In this document: positions 8,071-14,561 of the stretch, in pieces
How positions within the stretch are numbered: position 1 is the stretch's first letter
How the letters are laid out: every line of letters starts with the position of its first letter
Source of the DNA: a virus
Taxonomy: Duplodnaviria > Caudoviricetes
Virus record (IMG/VR): IMGVR_UViG_3300032318_000443
Location: 1-32,332 of that record
Length of the DNA: 32,332 nt
Reading direction: 5' to 3' (one strand)
Position numbers and translations under genes: made by a program
Notes under the pieces: generated by a model
What the model was told of the DNA's origin: nothing
Seen by the model: only the letters and a program-made list of their open reading frames with translations
The model's database searches: none

Positions 8071-8427
8071 TTAGGAGAGTTGTTGCAGTTTGTACAGCAG
8101 AGAATTAATTAAATCCAGAATTTCGTCAATAGTATTCTGTAATTCGGAGTCTTTTGGCAAGTGTTTTCTGTTTTGATCCACATATTTTTGTAGCGCTTTA
8201 AAGTACCGCACAGGGTCTTTATCAATCTCAAATTCTTCCTCGAATTCGTCTAATGGGCCATATCGACCCATATACGATTCTACCAGCCGGTCAACCAGGT
8301 CTGGGACGGCGTTATAGTATTTTGCCAAGGCCTTATGCTGCGAATAGCTTTTGGTCTGCCAATGCTGCAGATGCGCGCAAGTCGCAGAATTAAGTAATGC
8401 CAGCGAGAATGCTTCGATGTCTTTCAT
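8071..8427 (-). CDS. Ferritin/Dps-like four-helix protein (DUF5856-like)
   Basis: HLQHWQTKSYSQHKAL..YY......DRLVE matches the Dps HW...H...D..E pattern; C-terminal ELQNTIDEI...LYKL. Confidence 0.78.
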   Translation of the reverse strand: MKDIEAFSLALLNSATCAHLQHWQTKSYSQHKALAKYYNAVPDLVDRLVESYMGRYGPLDEFEEEFEIDKDPVRYFKALQKYVDQNRKHLPKDSELQNTIDEILDLINSLLYKLQQLS

Positions 8428-8663
8428 AATTCCTTCAAACAGTACATATTAATGACCTTTGGCCCTGTTATTTTATCTGCCTTTGCGCCTTTTGTGGCAA
8501 CAATTTTATTTTGTTGATGCACTAATTTCCATAATATCGCTTTAATGGAATGGGGTTTGGCCAGCAATTCATTGGCAATCTCTGCCTGGGTCATATTGGG
8601 TCTTTGCTCAAGCAAGGCCAAAATATCTTGCGCAAGCCGGGGTCGGCGTTTTAGTTTTTTCAT
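8424..8663 (-). CDS. Winged helix-turn-helix DNA-binding protein
   Basis: ILALLEQRPNMTQAEIANELLAKPHSIKAILWKL. Confidence 0.7.
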   Translation of the reverse strand: MKKLKRRPRLAQDILALLEQRPNMTQAEIANELLAKPHSIKAILWKLVHQQNKIVATKGAKADKITGPKVINMYCLKEL

Positions 8664-8675
8664 AATAAACAGTTC

Positions 8676-9035
8676 CTATAAGACCTTTACTTTTACCATA
8701 CCGCCCTTTTGCTGGCTAAATTTGTATGTGCAATTAATGCGTTTATCGTTAATCTTCCAGGCATCAGCCAGACCGTCTTGACCAGCTTTAAATGCTGCAA
8801 TCATGTTGTCTTGATCTCGCGCCCGGTTGTCTGGCTGGTAAAACTCAACTTCCAAGAAAATAGGGCCTTCCTCCGGTATTGGCAGCGGGTGTTGCATAGC
8901 CAAGATGCGGACCGCAAACCGGTACTTTTTTTTGGCAGCTGCTTGCGGAGCCCAATGCCCAGAGTAATTGGGGCTCAGTTCCTTGGGCGGCCAGGGCAGA
9001 CTAAGTCTATCGGAGGAGTTTTTGGATTGTGTCAT
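8676..9035 (-). CDS. rusA: RusA-like Holliday junction resolvase
   Basis: LPWPPKELSPN, FYQPDNRARDQDNM...K...DGLADAWKINDKR. Confidence 0.82.
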   Translation of the reverse strand: MTQSKNSSDRLSLPWPPKELSPNYSGHWAPQAAAKKKYRFAVRILAMQHPLPIPEEGPIFLEVEFYQPDNRARDQDNMIAAFKAGQDGLADAWKINDKRINCTYKFSQQKGGMVKVKVL

Positions 9036-9264
9036 TGAGTACGCTTAATTCAGTTTTCTTTAATACATTCCAGATGGACCTGCGGCCATGTATACCGTTG
9101 TGGCTGCCTTGATGACAGTCCTTACAGAGCGGTATACAGATGTACTGGAGGCCTTGTTCGATGTGGTGGGCATCACTAGGGCCTGCAGCATCGCAAACGC
9201 CACAAGATAGGGTTTTGACGGTTGCAAGATATTTCCTTTGCGCGGCATTCAACTTGTTGTTCAA
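9007..9264 (-). CDS. HNH-like zinc-binding protein (Ref/DUF968-like)
   Basis: CGVC...DAHHI...IPLCKDCHQG..GIHG. Confidence 0.7.
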   Translation of the reverse strand: MNNKLNAAQRKYLATVKTLSCGVCDAAGPSDAHHIEQGLQYICIPLCKDCHQGSHNGIHGRRSIWNVLKKTELSVLNDTIQKLLR

Positions 9265-9998
9265 AATAGCGTCTCCTGTTCAACTTGCACAAAGTTCCAT
9301 GTAGCAGGAGCATTGTGAGCCTCTATTCTGGATCGCATTACTTGCGCTCTGGCCTCTTTTGTTGGCGGCGGGTAATTGCCGTTTTTCCAATGTTTATCAA
9401 TTCCTACATTTCTGCCGATATTAGTGCTATCTGTTGAACTAAATGGAAATTTAGTAAACACTTCTGGGTCCAGCATTCTAAGCCCATGCAATTTGCAAAT
9501 TGGCCGACCCATATCATCACAAATTACCCGCATAGCCGCGCCCATCCTTGACCACCAAGCATTGGTGCCAACTGTGGCGTATTCGCCAGAACTACCTAAA
9601 GAAACCCGTACATAAGTATTTGCCAGCTGCTCTAGTCTTTCTAAAGACTCATGCAAATGCCATACCGGAGAGCCAAACCAATAAGGCAATGGGCAATCTT
9701 TAAGCAAAGCATCATTGTCAGCTTCGGCGCCATCAATCACATCTGGAATAACGGCAAAATCGCAAGATGGAACTTTTTTAAGATTTAAGGCCCAATCGTA
9801 AAATTGAGTCCAATCTTTTATAGGTTTATCTGACTTCCAAGCGCTAAACGCGCCGTTGTCTAATGCAAAAGACTGGCAAACCTCTATTGCCGTGCCAACC
9901 TGGTCAGGATGCGCAAAAGACACAAATGCATGACCAGCTTGTACCGCATAGTTGGCAACCGTAGCCGGTGTTATTGGTAGGCCGTGATAGTGAATCAT
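9261..9998 (-). CDS. TGT/DpdA-like TIM-barrel protein (putative base-exchange DNA-modification enzyme)
   Basis: FALDNGAFS (cf. TGT DSGGF), IPDVI, PVWH, KLHGLRM, FSSTDSTN (cf. second catalytic Asp motif). The CDS is secure; the function is inferred. Confidence 0.6.
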   Translation of the reverse strand: MIHYHGLPITPATVANYAVQAGHAFVSFAHPDQVGTAIEVCQSFALDNGAFSAWKSDKPIKDWTQFYDWALNLKKVPSCDFAVIPDVIDGAEADNDALLKDCPLPYWFGSPVWHLHESLERLEQLANTYVRVSLGSSGEYATVGTNAWWSRMGAAMRVICDDMGRPICKLHGLRMLDPEVFTKFPFSSTDSTNIGRNVGIDKHWKNGNYPPPTKEARAQVMRSRIEAHNAPATWNFVQVEQETLF

Positions 9999-10375
9999 GC
10001 AGCCTTAACCGATCCGCGTAGCACGGCAACTTTAAACAGATAAGGCTGTTCAAATTGGGACTCAAATATGCCCAATTCTTTGCCTTTAGCCACAATACCG
10101 GGCCATGATTCGTGCCATTCTTTGCCGTCAACCACGCCAGGCAGGGTTACTTTTAATTCGTCAGACCAGCGCTCCTGACGCAGCCAAGTCGCTGGGTAGC
10201 ACACGAACTGGCCATCATTCTTGCGCCATTGATCCGAGCGCATCTGCTGCCGAATAGCATCCAATAGTTCTGGCAGCGGTGGCCGAATAGATTGGGTCTG
10301 AGTCCATGCCTTACGCGCATCGCCTTTGGCCACGCGGCGCGGATACAGTTTCCAAAATTCATCAAAGTCTGTCAT
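9995..10375 (-). CDS. Phage replication-protein C-terminal-like domain protein
   Basis: FDEFWKLYPRRVAKGDARKAW...YPATWLRQERWSDE is typical of the C-terminal domain of phage replisome organisers; here it is stand-alone (126 aa). Confidence 0.7.
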   Translation of the reverse strand: MTDFDEFWKLYPRRVAKGDARKAWTQTQSIRPPLPELLDAIRQQMRSDQWRKNDGQFVCYPATWLRQERWSDELKVTLPGVVDGKEWHESWPGIVAKGKELGIFESQFEQPYLFKVAVLRGSVKAA

Positions 10376-10475
10376 TTTTAGTTACCCAAAGAATAAGTCC
10401 AACAAGTATTGCAACAATCAAAATAAACCAAGACAACTCAATAGCGAGTTGTGCCTGGATTGAATTGGTGTTCAT
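10362..10475 (-). CDS. 37-aa single-pass membrane peptide (not in ORF track)
   Basis: MNTNSIQAQLAIELSWFILIVAILVGLILWVTKNDRL; ATGA overlap with the upstream gene. Confidence 0.6.
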   Translation of the reverse strand: MNTNSIQAQLAIELSWFILIVAILVGLILWVTKNDRL

Positions 10476-10744
10476 TCGTCCGCCCGGCCTCGAATGGCGT
10501 TAGCGATATGATCTTGTTCCATACCGTTAAACCAAGCCATTTCCGCAATCTTGGCGCATTGTTCGCGCTCGTAATCGGCTGCGCGTTTGATGGATTTAAC
10601 CAGTTGATCTCTGGCTATTCCTTTAAATTCCTCTAGGAAATTGTTTGTAAAACATTCAAATTGAGTTTCGGTGGCCGACCATTTTTTATTGGCCTTAACC
10701 ATTCCACATTTCAAGGCAACTTCTTCGATGTCATCTAAGGTCAT
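10472..10744 (-). CDS. Hypothetical protein
   Basis: 90 aa, strong AAGGAG RBS; EREQCAKIAE...IANAIR motif common in phage small proteins. Confidence 0.8.
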   Translation of the reverse strand: MTLDDIEEVALKCGMVKANKKWSATETQFECFTNNFLEEFKGIARDQLVKSIKRAADYEREQCAKIAEMAWFNGMEQDHIANAIRGRADE

Positions 10745-10764
10745 TTTTGTTCTCCTTCTTGCAG

Positions 10765-10793
10765 AGAATAAATGATTAGGAAATAGTTTGCAA
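10765..10793 (-). promoter_or_regulatory. Putative sigma70 promoter for the leftward middle operon
   Basis: Minus strand TTGCAA (10793-10788), 17 bp spacer, TATTCT (10770-10765), just upstream of the AAGGAG RBS of 10744. Confidence 0.65.
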
Positions 10794-10809
10794 CTAAGGA
10801 TTTGTTGGT

Positions 10810-11050
10810 TAATTTTGTTTATAGGTTACCCAAGGGGTGGAAACATCCACCTCAATCCCAGAGTTGCCTCCCAGATAACGCATGACGCAGCGATTCATTC
10901 ATTAAGAGTCTTGTCCCACCACTTTCCTCTTAACTATTCTGATCCCTCGCTGACAGGCCAGAACCCAAACACGGGGTGCAATGCTGGGTGTCTTTTATTC
11001 CGCGCAGCCGATTCAAGCCCTTTACTATCGTGCGGAGTACGGTCAGCTGG
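10810..11050 (-). ncRNA. Candidate structured RNA, domain 2
   Basis: Multiple helices: GCTGAC/GTCAGC, TCCGC/GCGGA, ACCCA/TGGGT, TTAAGAG/CTCTTAA, CAGCGA/TCGCTG, GAG-GCAA-CTC GNRA hairpin, GGTGGA/TCCACC; no credible ORF. Confidence 0.5.
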
Positions 11051-11051
11051 C

Positions 11052-11212
11052 AACAAAAAACCCCAAATCCTTGGGTGGTGCGGCCTTGGCGGGCATCCTT
11101 GGAATAAGTCCTCTTTAGATCAAATGACCAATTCCAAGCATTTTTCGCACCACCGAAAAATTCGGGGTTGCTGATCTTAAAGAGATTCCAACAAGTGCCA
11201 CCTTGCTGACAT
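11052..11212 (-). ncRNA. Candidate structured leader/antisense-type RNA, domain 1, ending in a terminator-like U run
   Basis: 5' hairpin CAGCAAG-GTGGCA-CTTGTTG; 24-bp stem 11169-11146 / 11082-11059 with three G-U pairs and one mismatch; inner stem CTTGGAAT/ATTCCAAG; GCC-CGCCAA-GGC hairpin; then TTTTTT. Confidence 0.65.
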
Positions 11213-11216
11213 AGCC

Positions 11217-11225
11217 ATGTTACCA
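11217..11225 (-). promoter_or_regulatory. Putative extended -10 promoter for the structured RNA
   Basis: TG-G-TAACAT on the minus strand, ~8 nt upstream of the first hairpin; no good -35. Confidence 0.45.
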
Positions 11226-11268
11226 CAGATAAATCATGGTGTATTGACTAAAAAACAACGCCATTTTC

Positions 11269-11309
11269 TAAGTGTTTACCCTAGTTTTATAGGTGGTTTC
11301 CCTAGTTTT
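11269..11309. repeat. Tandem imperfect direct repeat (operator/iteron-like)
   Basis: taagtgtttaccctagtttt (11269-11288) and taggtggtttccctagtttt (11290-11309); 21-bp period. Confidence 0.7.
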
Positions 11310-11331
11310 GATAAAAAAAGCAATAAATGTG

Positions 11332-11360
11332 TTGAGAAATGCAAATAAACAGTTTACTAT
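11332..11360 (+). promoter_or_regulatory. Early rightward sigma70 promoter with overlapping palindrome
   Basis: TTGAGA (11332-11337), 17 bp spacer, TACTAT (11355-11360); TAAACAGTTTA palindrome in the spacer/-10; 5' hairpin CGGTC/GACCG at 11368-11385. Confidence 0.75.
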
Positions 11361-11404
11361 TCATCTACGGTCAACTTCCAGACCGGACAAAAAGGAGAAT
11401 TAAC

Positions 11405-11719
11405 ATGAAATACACAGTACACCAAATCAACTTGTCAGATGACCAATACGCTGCTCATCGCGAGACATACCTAAACACAACATTCCACCCATCTGTTAAA
11501 GCAATTTTGACTGCGCAAGATTTATATAAGCCAGTTGCGGTAATCAAGGCCGGATCATTAAACGATGTTTTTCGTATCGGCAACATGGGCAATCATCCAG
11601 ACATTAAAAGACTTAATGAGATGCACTCACTTTCAGTTGGTGATGTAATTGTTGACGAAACAGGTCACGCAGTTTTTGTTGCACCAATCGGTTTTAAATC
11701 AGTTCACGCTTGGAACTAA
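11405..11719 (+). CDS. YodL-like domain protein
   Basis: 104 aa from ATG 11405 (AGGAG RBS); YTVHQI...Y..V.....LNDVFRIGN...MHSLSVGDVIV......FVAPIGF. Confidence 0.7.
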   Translation: MKYTVHQINLSDDQYAAHRETYLNTTFHPSVKAILTAQDLYKPVAVIKAGSLNDVFRIGNMGNHPDIKRLNEMHSLSVGDVIVDETGHAVFVAPIGFKSVHAWN

Positions 11720-11756
11720 TTAACGGGGCTACGGCCTCATTTATCGGAGAGAATAT

Positions 11757-12050
11757 ATGAACCCAATCGACATCCAAATCACTCAAGTTGACCGCCTTGG
11801 TTTGTTGTTAGCACAAATCGCTGACCTGACCAAAGAGGCAGACACCATCAAAGACCAACTCAAAGAGGCAGCTACCGCTGGTGGCCCATCCTCTTACGAG
11901 GGCAATCTGTACCGCGCAACCGTTGTGGCCAGCAATCGCCAGGTTGTGGATTACAAAGGCCTTGTTGCTGACCTCGGCGTTACCGATGAGCAGCTGCAGA
12001 TGTTTACCAAAATCACCGCAGTATTTGCAGTAAAAACTGTTAGCCGTTAA
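11757..12050 (+). CDS. Hypothetical early protein
   Basis: 97 aa, GGAG RBS; coiled-coil N-terminus DRLGLLLAQIADLTKEADTIKDQLK. Confidence 0.8.
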   Translation: MNPIDIQITQVDRLGLLLAQIADLTKEADTIKDQLKEAATAGGPSSYEGNLYRATVVASNRQVVDYKGLVADLGVTDEQLQMFTKITAVFAVKTVSR

Positions 12051-12056
12051 TTAACC

Positions 12057-12081
12057 GGAGGGGTTCGCCCCTCCATTTTTT
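12057..12081 (+). terminator. GC hairpin with TTCG loop and T-run (terminator/attenuator)
   Basis: GGAGGGG-TTCG-CCCCTCC-ATTTTTT. Confidence 0.65.
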
Positions 12082-12092
12082 GGAGAGAAGAA

Positions 12093-12350
12093 ATGGAAGA
12101 TACGCAAGCATTACATCACCAGCAGCAGTTGGAGCAGCAAGAAAGATTAGCGCAGCCAGTTTACTGCGACTACATCGCCAACATAACTAAAAAAGCCTTA
12201 AACGCTAAAGACCCATTGGCAATCATTATGGGCGCGGGTCCTGTCTTTTATGACTTGAGCCCAGAGGGTCATTTTCGTAGTACCAAAAAGGAGTTGTTCG
12301 TCATTGACTGTAATGCCCGTCATTACAAAATAACCGTGGAGGAAGTATGA
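12093..12350 (+). CDS. Hypothetical protein
   Basis: 85 aa, GGAG RBS, HQQQLEQQE N-terminus. Confidence 0.8.
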   Translation: MEDTQALHHQQQLEQQERLAQPVYCDYIANITKKALNAKDPLAIIMGAGPVFYDLSPEGHFRSTKKELFVIDCNARHYKITVEEV

Positions 12351-12574
12351 AAGATACCAAAATCAATCTAGTTGCAAATCATTTAATCACCAAACGCAAA
12401 ATAACCAGCTGGGAGGCAATCGAGCGCTATCACGCCACGCGCTTGGCGGACATTATTTATGTACTCAAGTCCGAGGGTTGGGACATCATGACCGAGATGG
12501 TCAAGCAAAACGGTGTACGGTTTGCGGTCTACCGTTACATCTCCGCGCCCCGCAAAGGGAGAAAAGCAGCATGA
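12347..12574 (+). CDS. Helix-turn-helix protein (HTH_39-like)
   Basis: HL...RKITSWEAIERYHATRLADIIYVLKSEGWDI...A.Y. Confidence 0.8.
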   Translation: MKDTKINLVANHLITKRKITSWEAIERYHATRLADIIYVLKSEGWDIMTEMVKQNGVRFAVYRYISAPRKGRKAA

Positions 12575-12699
12575 GAAAAACGAACTTTGAGGCCAATAAA
12601 TGGCAGCGCAATGTGTTTACTAAAAAAGAATCGCCTTGGATGGAGGCCTTGGCTGCAGTAGGTTTTGTGGTGTTTTGTTTACTTTTACTGTTTATTTAA
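12571..12699 (+). CDS. 42-aa membrane-anchored peptide
   Basis: MRKTNFEANKWQRNVFTKKESPWMEALAAVGFVVFCLLLLFI; ATGA overlap; GGAG upstream. Confidence 0.65.
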   Translation: MRKTNFEANKWQRNVFTKKESPWMEALAAVGFVVFCLLLLFI

Positions 12700-12710
12700 T
12701 TGGAGAGAAT

Positions 12711-13256
12711 ATGCAAAAAATAGCAACCGCATTAGTCAAAGCGCAAAAGGCCTTTGGTCCAGCGCTTAAATCGTCCACCAATCCACACTTCAAATCACGC
12801 TATGCCGACCTGGCTGCTTGCGTTGAGGCGGTGATTGATGCCCTTAACGAGAATGGAATTGCCTTGGTTCAGCACTCGCACGAATGTGCGGATGGAATCA
12901 TTATCGAGACCATTTTTATCCATGAGTCTGGCGAGATGATTTCTGGCGGCAAACTCCATGTGCCGGCTACCAAACAGGATGCCCAAGGGTACGGGTCAGC
13001 AATGACTTATGCCCGCCGGTATTCGCTCCAGGCGGCGTGTGGCATTGCCCCAGAGGACGATGATGGCAACAATGCATCTCGCGCCAAGCCCAAATCAACG
13101 CGCACTAAAGCCGAGATTGAGGCCTTAATTACCGCAACTACCAGTTCCGATCAGCTAACAGCTACTTGGAAAACATTGGCAGCAGACGAGCGCGAATTAG
13201 TGCGTGACTTGGCAGCTAAACATAACGACAAACTAAAAGGAGAGCAAAGTGCGTGA
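12711..13256 (+). CDS. erf: ERF-family single-strand annealing protein
   Basis: NPHFKSRYADL, IHESGE, AQGYGSAMTYARRYSL..ACGIAPEDDDGN; start ATG 12711 after GGAG. Confidence 0.93.
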   Translation: MQKIATALVKAQKAFGPALKSSTNPHFKSRYADLAACVEAVIDALNENGIALVQHSHECADGIIIETIFIHESGEMISGGKLHVPATKQDAQGYGSAMTYARRYSLQAACGIAPEDDDGNNASRAKPKSTRTKAEIEALITATTSSDQLTATWKTLAADERELVRDLAAKHNDKLKGEQSA

Positions 13257-13896
13257 ACCAAACCCATTTCAACAAGACGGAACCTGGTGGAATGACCGCC
13301 TCGGTAAGTTAACCGGTTCTAGGATGGCTGCGGCCATGAACTTCTTAAAGTCTGGCAGGGAGTCAAGTGAGCGCGAGAACTTGCGCTACGAGATTGTGGC
13401 CGAGCGCATTACCAACACTTTTGCCGACAAATACATGACCTCGGATATGCAATGGGGAGTAGACCAGGAGTGCGCCGCTAAAGAGGCCTTTGAGACCCGT
13501 ACCGGCCTTATGGTCACCGATGTTGGCTTTGTTGACCATCCCAGCATTGACCATTGCGGCGTGAGCCCAGATGGGTTCGTGTCCGATGGCTGCTTGATCG
13601 AGGTCAAATGCCCTAAGACTAAGACCCATATGAAGTATGTGGCCAACCAGGTTATTCCAGACGATTACAAACCACAGATGCTGCTGCAGTCGGCCTGCAC
13701 CGGTAAGGATGTCTGGTTTGTGTCCTACGACCCGCGCATGGGTGAGGGTAAAGACTTGTTTATCAAGAAATACACACCGACCCCAGAGGAGTTGGCCGAG
13801 GTCAATGCAGCTGCCGAGAAGTTTTTGGCCGAATGCGATGCACTTTTTGACTTTTTTAATGACGAATCGAATTACTTTGATAAAGGGAGTTTTTAA
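13249..13896 (+). CDS. YqaJ/lambda-type exonuclease
   Basis: WWNDRLGKLTGS, MQWG...E..A, GVSPDG, IEVKCP, Y.PQM..Q, FVSYDPR. Confidence 0.93.
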   Translation: MREPNPFQQDGTWWNDRLGKLTGSRMAAAMNFLKSGRESSERENLRYEIVAERITNTFADKYMTSDMQWGVDQECAAKEAFETRTGLMVTDVGFVDHPSIDHCGVSPDGFVSDGCLIEVKCPKTKTHMKYVANQVIPDDYKPQMLLQSACTGKDVWFVSYDPRMGEGKDLFIKKYTPTPEELAEVNAAAEKFLAECDALFDFFNDESNYFDKGSF

Positions 13897-14297
13897 TGTT
13901 AATGCTCGGATTAGCCCGCTTGGGCAATGAACCAGAAGTTCGCTATACGCCAGATGGTAAGGCCATCATGGATTTATCCTTGGCATTTTCTTATGGTCGT
14001 AAGGTCGATGGTAAGCAGCCGACCCAATGGGTCAATGGCACGATGTGGGGAGACCGCTGCGAGAAACTAAAGCCGCATCTTGCCAAAGGCCAGTTGTTAT
14101 TCGTCAGTATGACAGAGCCGCACATAGAAACCTATAAGCGCAAGGATGGCTCCGAGGGCGTAAATCTGAGGGCTAGGGTGGGCGAATTAGAGTTCGCTGG
14201 ACCCAAACCCGACTCTCAGCCAGAAACGCCCCAAAGCGCCGGAAAATACCCTTCTCGGTCATATTCCGGTTCCATTGATGATGACAACCCATTCTAG
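13896..14297 (+). CDS. ssb: Single-stranded DNA-binding protein
   Basis: RLGNEPEVRYTPDGK, TQWV, acidic C-terminus DDDNPF. Confidence 0.92.
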   Translation: MLMLGLARLGNEPEVRYTPDGKAIMDLSLAFSYGRKVDGKQPTQWVNGTMWGDRCEKLKPHLAKGQLLFVSMTEPHIETYKRKDGSEGVNLRARVGELEFAGPKPDSQPETPQSAGKYPSRSYSGSIDDDNPF

Positions 14298-14306
14298 GAG
14301 GGAGAT

Positions 14307-14561
14307 ATGAAAATGATCATAGCCGGGGTTTGTTTGGTGTTTTTTAGTGGCTGCGGCATTTTGCCGGATAAGCAGGCCATGCCAGAGCAGCAGCTGATAG
14401 TCGATGACAAGGTTCATTCCATGAGCCGTCTTGAGGTTGTGACGGCCATTCAAGATTGCCAGGTAGCCAAGACCAGAGCGGTGGTGATTTACGCCAAGCG
14501 CAAGGTCGGCGGCATGACTAGGGATATTGTCGTGGATGTCTCATGCGCCCCGCTTTACTGA
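14307..14561 (+). CDS. Lipoprotein
   Basis: MKMIIAGVCLVFFSG-C lipobox; GGAGG RBS. Confidence 0.75.
   Translation: MKMIIAGVCLVFFSGCGILPDKQAMPEQQLIVDDKVHSMSRLEVVTAIQDCQVAKTRAVVIYAKRKVGGMTRDIVVDVSCAPLY

Noticed and set aside
10930-11226. 98-aa minus-strand ORF and overlapping 128-aa plus-strand ORF (10788-11174)
   Set aside because: No RBS, non-ATG starts and atypical composition; the region is better explained by RNA structure and promoters.
3944-12696. LexA (SOS) boxes at the ACTGTTTATT sites
   Set aside because: None completes CTGT-N8-ACAG; only half-site resemblance.
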